A stretch of DNA of 64,000 nt from Anaeramoeba ignava BMAN (taxonomy: Eukaryota; Protista; Anaeramoebae), in assembly GCA_028826165.1 (NCBI GenBank), contig JAPDFW010000125.1, positions 682,001 through 746,000 of the forward strand, read 5' to 3'. The position numbers and the translations under genes were made by a program. The notes below the pieces were generated by a model that was not told the DNA's origin, did no database searches, and saw only the letters and a list, made by a program, of their open reading frames with translations. Positions 51,560 to 63,429 of the stretch are shown here, in pieces (the stretch's first letter is position 1; the number at the start of each line of letters is the position of its first letter).

Positions 51560-54500
51560 ATGTCAATTACTCAAGAAGATATTATTCAAATTAAACAAGA
51601 AATTGCAAAAATCCAAAAACAAGATCCTCAAATAGAAAAAGTAAAAAGATTTATAAATAAAAAATCAAAAAAATTTTCAATTAAAAATCATTTAAAATGG
51701 AAAAAAAATTTTTTTCAATTTTTTTCAATTAAAAAAAGAATGAAGAAAAAGTAATTGATATGATAAATAGATTAAATGAGATGAACATGAATTTAGATAT
51801 TTTAAAGAAAACGAAGATAGGATTTATAATAAACAAATTGCGTGGGAATACCAACCAAAAAGTTCAAACGGAAGCAAGAAAATTATTTACAAAATGGAGG
51901 AAGATTTATGAAAATTCCAAAAATAAAAACAACAAAAATTCGGAAACAAATTCACCTTCAATAAAGAAACAAACAAAAATTGTTTCCGATGGAATTAATC
52001 AAATTAATTCAACAGGAAATCCTCAAAGAAATCGATTCCAAAATCTTTTATGTGAAGATTTAAAAAAAATTGAAGCAAAAATTCAATTAAACAATCAATT
52101 AAACAATCAATTAAAAAATCAATTAAAAAATTCGACTGGTTTTCAAAAAACTGCTGAATTTCTTGCTGAAGAAATTGAAAATGGTATTCCCTTTTTCTCT
52201 GTTGTTTATTTAAAATCAAAATTCATTTATAAAATTAAAATTATTAAAATTCATTTATAAAATTAAAATTAAAATTAAAATTAAAATTAAAATTAAAATT
52301 AAAATCAAAATTCATTTATGAAATTAAAATTAAAATTAAAATTAAAATTAAAATTAAAATTAAAATTAAAATTAAAATTAAAATTAAAATCAAAATTAAA
52401 ATTAAAATTAAAATCAAAATTAAAATTAAAATTAAATTTAAAATTTAAAATTAAAATTAAAAATTAAAATTATTAAAATTAAAATTAAAATTAAAATTCA
52501 TTTAAAATTAAAATTAAAATTAAAATCAAAATTAAAATTAAAATTGAAATTAAAATTAAAATTAAAATTAAAATTCATTTATAAAATTAAAATTAAATTT
52601 TGAAATTAAAATTAATTTTGAAATTAAAATTAAAATTAAAATTAAAATTAAAAATTAAAATTAAAATTAAAATTAAAATTAAAATCGGATAAAAATTAAA
52701 ATTGAAAAATGATAGCATTATTCGAAATATATGGAGAAGTAAATGATAAATATAAAGAAAAATACCGGAAAATTGGGTTTATTTTAACAGAAAATAAATC
52801 TGTAAGAGAGGATATAAAAAGGAAAATATTTTCAGGAGAAATCACACCAAAAGAATTTTGTGAAATGAAAGATGAAGATTTTATGACAAGTGAAAAAAAA
52901 CAAGAAATTAAAGATTTAGAAAAACAAGCATTTGAAAGTGCAATGGCTCCTCAGCCAACTCAAGTTACTACTACTGAATTCCGTTGTGGAAGATGCGGTA
53001 AAAGGCAATGCAAAGTTTGGCAAAGACAAACAAGATCTGCTGATGAACCTGCTACTACTTATGTTCGTATGTGTTTATTTTTTAATCCAAAAAATAAATA
53101 TTATTTTGAAATAAATATTATTTAATCTAAATATTATTTAATCTAAATATTATTTTGAAATAAATATTATTTAATCTAAATATTATTTTGAAATAAATAT
53201 TATTTAATCTAAATATTATTTAATCTAAATATTATTTTGAAATAAATATTATTTAATCTAAATATTATTTAATCTAAATATTATTTAATCTAAATATTAT
53301 TTAATCCAAATATTATTTAATCTAAATATTATTTAATCTAAAAAATTATTTAATCTAAATATTATTTTAATCCAAAATATTTAATCTAAAATATTATTTT
53401 TAACTAAATATTATTTTTGAAATAAATATTATTTTGAAATAAATATTATTTAATCTAAATATTATTTTAAATCTAAATATTATTTAATCTAAATATTATT
53501 TAATCTAAATATTATTTAATCTAAATATTATTGAAATAAATATTATTTAATCTAAATATTATTTAATCTAAATATTATTTATTTAATCCAAATATTATTG
53601 AAATAAATATTATTTAATCTAAAAATTATTTAATCTAAATATTATTTAATCTAAATATTATTTAATCCAAATATTATTTAATCTAAATATTATTTAATCC
53701 AAATATTATTTAATCTAAATATTATTTTTGAAATAAATATTATTTAATCTAAATATTATTTAATCCAAATATTTTTAATCCAAAATAAATATTATTTAAT
53801 CTAAATATTATTATTTAATCTAAATATTATTTAATCCAAATATTTTTAATCCAAAATAAATATTATTTAATCTAAATATTATTTAATAATCTAAATATTA
53901 TTTAATCCTAAATATTATTTAATCTAAATATTATTTAATCTAAAAATTATTTAATCTAAATATTATTTAATCTAAATATTATTTAATCAAAATATTATTT
54001 AATCAAAATATTATTTAATCCAAAAAAATATTATTTAAAACTAAATATTATTTTTAATCTAAATATTATTATTTAATCTAAATATTATTTAATCCTAAAT
54101 ATTATTTAATCCAAATATTATTGAAATAAATATTATTTAATCCAAATATTATTTTGAAATAAATATTATTTAATCTATATTATTTAATCTAAATATTATT
54201 TTGAAATAAATATTATTTAATCTAAATATTATTGAAATAAATATTATTTAATCAAAATATTATTTAATCAAAATATTATTCTGAAATAAATATTATTTTA
54301 ATCTAAATATTATTATGAAAAATATTATTTAATCAAAATATTATTTTGAAATAAATATTATTTAATCTAAATATTATTTAATAATCCAAATATTATTTTG
54401 AAATAAATATTATTTAATCTAAATATTATTTAATCTAAATATTATTTTGAAATAAATATTAATTAATCTAAATATTATTTAATCTAAATATTATTTAATC

Positions 54501-54734
54501 TAAATATTATTTAATCTAAATATTATTTAATCTAAATATTATTTAAATTATTTAATTTATTTAAATTATTTAAATTATTTAAATTATTTAATCTAAAAAA
54601 TTATTTAATCTAAATATTATTTAATCTAAATATTATTTAATCTAAAAATTATTTAAATTATTTAAATTATTTATTGATTGATTTATTTTTTCTTGCTAGA
54701 ATGTACTAATTGCTTAAATATGTGGAAGTTTTGA
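51560..54734 (+). CDS. TFIIS: Transcription elongation factor S-II (303 aa); exons 51560-51640, 51739-52183, 52716-53066, 54700-54734
   Basis: Domain I LKKTKIGFIINKLR...ARKLFTKWR; domain II EEIENALF...KYKEKYR; Zn ribbon CGRC...QTRSADEPATTYVQCTNC..WKF, completed only after splicing. Confidence 0.93.
53095..54670 (+). repeat. Intronic ~16-bp (TAATCTAAATATTATT)n satellite
   Basis: Fills the 1633-nt TFIIS intron 3. Confidence 0.9.
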
Positions 54735-55055
54735 ATTTGGAAAAAGATTTGAAAAAGAGAAGAAAAAAGAAAAAAATAAAAGCAATTATAATAATTAAAG
54801 ATAGAAAAAAAAGAATAAATAAAAATAATAAAAAAATTTTTCCCTTTTTTTAATTTAAATTTTTTATTTTTTTTTTAATTAAATTTTTAATAAAAAAAAA
54901 GGAGAAAAAAAAATTTTTTCCTTTTTTAATTTAAATTTTTTTTTTTCATTTTTTTTCTTTTTTATTCTTTATTCTTTTTTATTCTTTATTATCATTTTCA
55001 ATTTGATTTTCATTTTCAATTTGATTTTCAATTTCAATTTGATTTAAATTTTGTA

Positions 55056-57878
55056 ATGGATCCAAATTCGCAATATCAAATGCCATTAGAAGAAACAACA
55101 AATGGATCTTTTTCATTAGAACAACAAACAAAACGACGAAAAACGCGAATAAAACAAGAAACAGAAACAACATTAACAAATTTATTTGCAGAAACAACAC
55201 AATCAATAAGATCTGAACAAGAAATTGAAGATCAACAAATAAGAACTAATGAAAATGAGAATGACAAAAAAACAAATGGAATTATAAATAGTGATCAAAT
55301 CAATGTCAATTTGGATAATAAAAATAATTTAAATTTGAGTAATGCTAATGCTAATTCAAATAATGTTAATGTTAATTCGAATAATGTTAATGTTAATTCG
55401 AATAATGCTAATGCCAATCCAAATAATGCTAATGCCAATCCAAATAATACTAACAATACATCCCAAATTGCAAATCATCATAATAATACTCATAACCAAA
55501 ATAGACAGAATTCCAATAATAATGATCAAGATGATACTGAATATTATTCAGATCCACCAACAAATGATCAAGAATCACCAAATATTAATACAGAAAATGA
55601 AAATACAAATAACACAACAAACACAAATAACGAACAATCAACACAACCAACACAACCAACACAACCAACACAACCAACACAGCAAATTATGCCAGGAATC
55701 CAACATATGTTTCAAAATTCTGCGCCTCAGCAACCCACACATGCGCAAAAAGAACAAAAAACAAATTCAAAATCACTAATTGAAGAATGTGTAGTTAAAG
55801 TAGTTCGAAATAATCAAAAACCACACAGTTATAAAATTTTAACGCAATTGAAAAAAGTGTTTTCGCAAAGACTTCCAAATATGGAACGGGAATACATTTC
55901 CAAAGTTTTATTTAACAAAAACCATCTCTCACTTGTTATTCTTCGAGCGGAGAAAGTAGTTGGTGGTACAACTTTCCGTCCTTTTAAAAAACAAGGATTT
56001 GTGGAGATTGTATTTGTTGCAATTTCAAGCAAATCGCAAGGAAAAGGATTTGGAAGAAGTTTAATGTCCCATCTTAAAAATTATTGCAAAAAAGAACTTA
56101 AAATTTTTGATTTACTAACTTATGCTGATAATCAAGCTATTATTTTTTTCCAAAAACAAGGATTTTCTAAAGAAATTAGAATCAAAGCTGAACATTGGAA
56201 AGGATATATTAAGGATTATGATAGAAGTACTTTAATGCATTGCAAAATTTATCCCAAAGTTGATTATTTAAAAATTGAAAAAATGGTTGATAAACAAAAG
56301 GATCATTTGAATCAATTGATTCAGAAAGTTGCTAGAAAACAAATTTTTTATCCTGGCTTGAATTTTGATAATGGAGTTGCTGAAATTCCTTTAGAAAAAA
56401 TACCTGGAATTGGTATGCAAATTATTTAAAAAATTAAATATAAAATTATTAATAAAATTAAATATAAAATTATTTATTAAATTAATTATAAAATTAAATA
56501 TAAAATTATTTATAAAATTATTTATTAAATTAATTATAAAATTAAATATAAAATTAAATATAAAATTATTTATAAAATTATTTATAAAATTATTTATTAA
56601 ATTATTTATTAAATTATTTATAAAATTATATATAAAATTAAATATAAAATTATTTATAAAATTATTTATTAAATTATTTATAAAATTAATTATAAAATTA
56701 ATTATAAAATTATTTATAAAATTAATTATAAAATTATTTATAAAATTATTTATAAAATTATATATAAAAATTATATATAAAATTAATTATAAAATTATTT
56801 ATTAAATTATATATAAAATTATTTATAAAATTAATTATTAAATTATATATAAAATTATTTATAAAATTATTTATAAAATTAATATAAAATTATTTATAAA
56901 ATTAAATATAAAATTAAATATAAAATTAAATATAAAATTAAATATAAAATTATTTATAAAATTATTTATTAAATTATTTATAAAATTAAATATAAAAATT
57001 AAATATAAAATTATTTATAAAATTATTTATAAAATTATTTATAAAATTAATTATAAAATTATTTATAAAATTATTTATAAAATTATTTATAAAATTAATT
57101 ATAAAATTATTTATAAAATTATTTATAAAATTAATTATAAAATTATTTATAAAATTAATTATAAAATTAATTATAAAATTATTTTATAAAATTAATTATA
57201 AAATTATTTATAAAATTAATTATAAAATTATTTATAAAATTAATTATAAAATTATTTATAAAATTATTTATAAAATTAAATATAAAATTAATTATAAAAT
57301 TATTTATAAAATTAAATATAAAATTAATTATAAAATTAATTATAAAATTAATTATAAAATTATTTATAAAATTAATTATAAAATTAATTATAAAATTATT
57401 TATAAAATTATTTATTAAATTATTTATAAAATTATTTTAATCTTTTTTATAAAATTTTTTACAAAATTATTTATAAAATTATTTTAATCTTTTTTATAAA
57501 ATTAAAAAAATAGATTCAAAATTAATTGCAAGAATAAAATTTGAATATAGCATAGATTTACCAACAAGATTAAGAGAAATTCTAGAATCATTAAAAAAAC
57601 ATGAAGCATCATGGCCATTTCTTGAACCAGTTGACAAATCACAAGTACCAGATTATTATGACGTTATAAAAAATCCAATTGATCTTTCAATAATTGAAAA
57701 AAAACTAAATAATTCAGAATATACAAGAAAATCCTTATTTTTTCAAGATATCGAGTTGATGTGCCAAAATTGCTTTAGATATAACGCTAAAGAAACTATT
57801 TTTTATAGTTGTGGTGACAAAATTTTAAAAGCATTCCATTCAAAAGTCAGATCAATGGAAAAAGCAATGTTGTTATAA
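55056..57878 (+). CDS. GCN5: Histone acetyltransferase GCN5 (573 aa); exons 55056-56412 and 57514-57878
   Basis: LPNMEREYI, GG.TFRPF..QGFVEIVFVAI, QGKGFG..LM.HLK, LTYADN.AI.FF.KQGF, GYIKDY; bromodomain WPFLEPVD..VPDYYDVIKNPIDL...NCFRYN in exon 2. Confidence 0.94.
56420..57505 (+). repeat. Intronic ~12-bp (ATAAAATTATTT)n satellite
   Basis: Fills the GCN5 intron. Confidence 0.9.
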
Positions 57879-58145
57879 AAAAAAAAGTTCGAAGAAAAAA
57901 AATTTTTTTTTTTCCCACTTTTTTTTTGCTTTTTTTTTTTACTTTTCCAAAATTTTTCTTTTTGACTTTTTTTTTTTATAATTTCCCAATTTTTTTTTTT
58001 TTGAAGGCGGATTGAATAAACATTTTTGATTTTTTTAAAAAATTTTTCAATAAAAAAAAAAATTTCATTTTTTTCTTTTTTTCTCATTTTTATCTTTTTT
58101 TAAATTTTTTTTTTGATTTATTCTTTTTGCTTTACAAAAAAAAAA

Positions 58146-61100
58146 ATGAAGAGATTATTATTTCGTTCAAAAAGTTTTAAAATGTGTTTGTATTATTTTA
58201 AAAAAGAAAAAGAAAAAGAAAAAGAAAAAGAAAAAAATTTTTTTCGTTAAAAAATTTTAAAATAAATTCAATTTGAAAATAAAAAATTAGCAAGTGAAAG
58301 AGTAAAACCTTTAACAAAATTGAAATTTCGCAACGCAACTCAACCTAATTTAGCAATTCATTTAGAAGATCTTACAAAAACTGAAAAAGACCAAATTCCT
58401 TTAATTTTAAAACAAATTGTTGAAAAAATTGAATCAAAATGTTAATTCAAAACTTTTTAAATTAAAAAGAAAATTTTTAAATTTATAAAATTTTTAATTG
58501 GATTTTCTTTATCAAATTAAATTAGATATTGATACAGAAGGTTTATTTAGAGTTTCAGGGTCTGCTTTATTAATTGAAAAACATCGACAAAATTTAAGTT
58601 TAAGTGAGAAATCAAAACAAAAAAAAAATAAATAAAAAAAATAAATTGATTAATTTTTTCCTAAATTTATTTAAAAGATGGGAAATTAAATCTTGAATCA
58701 ATTACAGATCCACATGTTTTGACAGGTTTATTAAAAGCTTTTTTAAGAGAACTTTCTGAACCATTAATTCCACCCAGTGAATTTCCAAAATGGAATAAAG
58801 CGAGTAAATTTCTTTTTAAATCAAAAACTTTAAATTAATATTTAAATTAATATTTAAATTGATATTTAAATTAATATTTAAATTAATATTTAAATTGATA
58901 TTTAAATTGATATTTAAATTGATATTTGAATTGATATTTAAATTGATTTTTTAAATTGATATTTAAATTGATATTAAAATTGATATTTAAATTAATATTT
59001 AAATTGATTTAATTGATATTTAATTTAATATTTAAATTAATATTTAAATTGATATTTAAATTGATTTTAAATTAATATTTAAATTGATATTTAAATTAAT
59101 ATTTAAATTGATATTTAAATTGATATTTAAATTAATATTTAAATTAATATTTAAATTGATATTTAAATTAATATTTAAATTAATATTTAAATTTAATATT
59201 TAAATTGATATTTAAATTGATATTTAAATTAATATTCAAATTAATATTTAAATTAATATTTAAATTAATATTTGAATTGATATTTAAATTAATATTTAAA
59301 TTGATATTTAAATTAATATTTAAATTAATATTTAAATTGATATTTGAATTGATATTTAAATTGATTTTTTAAATTGATATTTAAATTGATTTTAAATTGA
59401 TATTTAAATTGATATTTAAATTAATATTTAAATTAATATTTAAATTAATATTTAAATTAATATTTAAATTAATATTTAAATTAATATTTAAATTAATATT
59501 TAAATTAATATTTAAATTGATATTTGAATTGATATTTGAATTGATTTTTTAAATTGATATTTAAATTGATTTTAAATTGAATTTTAAATTTATTTAATGA
59601 CTTTATAGAAACATCTGAACAAATTCGTCAACTTCTTCAAGAAATTCCCAAAAATAATTTCGAAACATTGAAATATTTAATGAAATTTTTTAATACAATT
59701 GATAAACATTCAGATCAAAATAAAATGACAAGCGAAAATATTTCAAAGATATTTGGACCAAACATATTTCGACCTACTAACTCAACGAACATAATGGACT
59801 TGCGCTCACAACTATTTGCAGTTCCCAATTCAGTTTTGAATATGATGATCACAAATCACACCGAAATTTTTGAGCCAAAAAAAACTGAAGATCAAACATA
59901 CGAACTTGTATATGATTCAACATCATCGGATGGAGAACAATTTGGTGGGATACTTCTAAATAAAGAATCTCAAAAAATCCCCGAAATGAATGATATTTTG
60001 TTGTCAATTTGCACTCGAGTTAAAGGATTATCCTCTTTTAAACTTAAAAATTATTTCAATGATAACATGAAAATTAAAACAGCTCTACTTGACGAATTTA
60101 ATTCACCAATGGATTCTATTCCGCTTCATAAAGAACAAATTGCGGATTTCTTTTCCCAAAATGAAGAACAATTATCAGAAAAAAATCCCCATTTGGAAGA
60201 GCAAAATCTCAATAAAATCAATAAAATCAATAAAATCAATAAAACACAATTGCAAAAACTTGATGAAAAAATTCGTTCTCATATCACAATGTTGGTTCAT
60301 TATAAATTTGAATTTGAAAACAATATTTTTTCAAAAGAATTTCTTGATCTCGATTCAAAAAACACTCAACAAGAAAATTCACCAAAAAAGGAAGTAATTT
60401 CAGCGTTAGAATTCATCAATAAAGGTCGCAAAGAGTTTGAAGAAATGTGGAAAGATTACGAAAATCTTTCTGCTACAATTATTCAAAAAATATTTCGTGG
60501 TTATTTCAATTTTTCAAGGTTTAAAATGGCAAAATTTATTCGATCCAAAAAATTATTTCAAGTTTTGAATAAATTTGGAGAAAAAGAGGAACAAAAATAT
60601 CTTGATTTATATAAGATTTTCTGCTTATTTCCTTTATCACCTCCTGATTATAATTTTCAAGAATTTAAACTTGAAAATATTCTTATGAATAAGTCAGATG
60701 ATGAAGATGAAAAATCAAATGAAAAATCAAATGAAAAATCAAATGAAAAATCAAATGAAAATACAAATGAAAATATAAATGAAAATATAAATGAAAATAT
60801 AAATGAAAATAAAAATGAAAATACAAATGAAAATACAAACGAAAATAAAAACGAAAATACAAATGAAAATACAAATGAAAATACAAATGAAAATACAAAT
60901 GAAAAATTAAATGAAATTACAATTCAAAAATTAAAAAGAAATTTAAGTGAAAATTCAAATCAAAATCAAAATCAAAATGAAAATTCAAGTCGAAATTTAA
61001 ATAGAATTTCAAGTGAAAAATTACATCAAAGATCAAATAGAAAATTAATTCATATTAAATTTGAAGATGAAAATGAAAAGAAACAATCAAATGAAAAATT

Positions 61101-62586
61101 ACATCATAGATCAAATAGAAAATTAGTTCATATTAAATTTGAAGATGAAAATCAAAATGAAAATCAAATTCAAAATGAAAATAAAAATGAAAATGAAAAT
61201 GAAAATCAAAATGAAAATAAAAATGAAAATCAAATTCAAAATGGAAATCAAAATCAAAATCAAAATCAAAATCAAAATCAAAATCAAAATCAAAATCAAA
61301 ATGAAAATGAAAATGAAAATGAAAATCAAAATGAAAATCAAAATGAAAATCAAAATGAAAATCAAAATATAAATCAAAATGAAAATCAAAATTTAAATCA
61401 AAATGAAAATCAAAATCAAAATCAAAATGAAAATCAAAATGAAAATGAAAATGAAAATGAAAATCAAAATGAAAATCAAAATCAAAATGAAAATCAAAAT
61501 GAAAATATAAATCAAAATGAAAATCAAAATGAAAATGAAAATGAAAATGAAAATCAAAATGAAAATGAAAATCAAAATCAAAATCAAAATCAAAATGAAA
61601 ATAAAAATGAAAATGAAAATGAAAATCAAAATGAAAATGAAAATCAAAATCAAAATCAAAATCAAAATGAAAATCAAAATGAAAATCAAAATCAAAATGA
61701 AAATCAAAATGAAAATGAAAATGAAAATCAAAATGAAAATCAAAATCAAAATCAAAATGAAAATCAAAATGAAAATAATGAAAATCAAAATGAAAATGAA
61801 AATGGAAATAATGAAAATAATGAAAATAATGAAAATCAAAATCAAAATCAAAATCAAAATCAAAATCAAAAAAAACAATCATTTGCTCAAATCATTCAAT
61901 CTAGACTTGAAATGTATCGAACCAAACAAAAAAGAAATCCTTCTTTATCTAAAATGTCAGTTGCTGAACTTGTAATCGAAAAAGCTTGTATTAAACAAGA
62001 AATCCAACTTTTCGAATCTAAATTCAAAGAATTTTTTGGATTTACAACATCAACAATAACACAAACAAAACTAAAACCGATTTTGTCATTAAAAACAGAA
62101 GTGAATTTAATTCTTTATTTTCGTTTAAGAGATTTGCTTAACGAAAAATTTTTGCCTTCACCAATTCAAAAAAGTCAAAATTCATCACCAACATTAACAC
62201 CAAATAAACAGTTAAAAAATTTAGCTTTTAGTCCACTTTCTAGTGTTGAAAAACGATCTTCACGAACTCATTCTTCTTATATTGTTGAAGTGATCAAGTC
62301 AAAAAATCTACTTTCAACAACACGCAGGCAAAATCAAATTAAGTCCCGAATAGAAAAAATTCGGACAGTTCAAAAATCTTTTGTAAATAAATACCCAGAA
62401 TATTCCGACTTTGTTGAGTCTTATATTAATGAACAAAATGAACTTTTTTCTTCTGTTTCTGAAAATCTTTCTCAACTTGATTCAACCAAACCTAAAATTA
62501 CTCGTTCATTGCCTTCACGTAAAAGTTCTCGCAGAAAAACATTCACACTTGCAAGAAAGGAATTATTTTCAATTCTTGATAATTGA
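58146..62586 (+). CDS. RhoGAP with IQ motif, N/E/Q low-complexity tract and FAM13-like C-terminal segment; exons 58146-58173 (or -58185), 58291-58440, 58526-58603, 58678-58803, 59609-62586
   Basis: Spliced [21 protein letters not shown] (Arg finger), [41 protein letters not shown]; IQ motif [11 protein letters not shown]; first exon donor ambiguous. Confidence 0.85.
58830..59590 (+). repeat. Intronic 12-bp (ATATTTAAATT[A/G])n satellite
   Basis: Fills RhoGAP intron 4. Confidence 0.9.
60710..61870 (+). repeat. Coding low-complexity ([14 protein letters not shown])n tract built from AAAATN hexamers
   Basis: Within the RhoGAP ORF, frame maintained. Confidence 0.9.
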
Positions 62587-62723
62587 ATAATTTAAAGAAA
62601 AAGAAAGAAAAAATTAAAAGGAATTATTTTGTAATAAATAAAAAGAAAGAAAAAATTACTAAAAAATATTAAAAATTATTAAAATTTTTATATTTAAAAA
62701 GAATTAAAAAAATTTTTTTTTTC

Positions 62724-62956
62724 ATTTTTTCTTTTGCACAAAGAGGCACATCTTTATATATTTTGTGTGAAGATGTTTAAGCGTTGTGCTAAACACTAAA
62801 AATTCAAGCACCATCTTCGTAGGGTCTCTTAAATCCATTGACGATTATGATTTAAGGGTAGTGTGCTTGTATTTTTTGAAGGACCAGTCTGAAAGTTATT
62901 TTTATATTATTTTTATAATATGAATTTGTGATAACTTTCCGTAAAACCTTCGAAAA
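62724..62956 (+). ncRNA. Structured ncRNA candidate: three stem-loops and an Sm-site-like AUUUUUUG; U4 snRNA-like features
   Basis: Non-coding, GC-enriched island preceded by TTCATTTTTT; stems 62736-41/62784-89, 62748-60/62764-76, 62805-11/62863-69, 62826-35/62849-58, 62878-82/62947-51, 62891-99/62931-39; G-U pairs favour the + strand. Confidence 0.6.
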
Positions 62957-62959
62957 TTT

Positions 62960-63310
62960 TTTTAAATGAATTTTTAAATAAATTTTAAATAAATTTTTAA
63001 ATAAATTTCTAAATAAATTTATAAATAAATTTTAAATAAATTAATAAATAAGTTTATAAATAAATTTATAAATAAATAAATAAATTTTTAAATAAATTTA
63101 TAAATAATTTTCTAAATAAATTTGTAAATAAATTTTTAAATAAATTGTAAATAAATTTTTAAATAAATTTGTAAATAAATTTCTAAATAATTTGTAAATA
63201 AATTTCTAAATGAATTTCTAAATAAATTTATAAATTAATTTTTAAATTAATTTTTAAATAACTTTTTAAATAAATTTGTAAATAATTTATTAAATAAATT
63301 TTTAAATGGA
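62960..63310. repeat. ~12-bp (TAAATAAATTTN)n intergenic satellite
   Basis: Direct inspection. Confidence 0.85.
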
Positions 63311-63429
63311 TTTGAAATGAATTGTTCTTTTATTCGATTGCTTTAAATTTGAATTAAATTTGAATTAAATTTGAATTGAAAAAAAAAAGTTCTCTTTTCT
63401 GTTCTTATTTTTTTTTAAATTGGTTTGAT

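Noticed and set aside
53095-54670. CRISPR-like or telomeric array
   Set aside because: No unique spacers and no G-rich telomere unit; degenerate 16-bp satellite inside a GT-AG intron required to complete TFIIS
61123-61975. Overlapping alternative-frame and antisense ORFs (poly-FD/FH, MKIK)
   Set aside because: By-products of the N/E/Q hexamer tract in the RhoGAP
62789-62800. CTAAACACTAAA as a telomerase RNA template (1.7 copies of a 7-mer that would give TTTAGTG)
   Set aside because: No telomeric sequence in the window to compare and no clear pseudoknot; revisit only if chromosome ends carry TTTAGTG
62870-62956. RNase P/MRP, SRP, hammerhead, SECIS, tRNA or U1/U2/U5/U6 identity for the structured island
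   Set aside because: Diagnostic motifs (P4 pairing, SRP helix 8, CUGANGA, SECIS quartet geometry, cloverleaf, ACUUAC, GUAGUA, U5 loop I, ACAGAGA) not found on either strand
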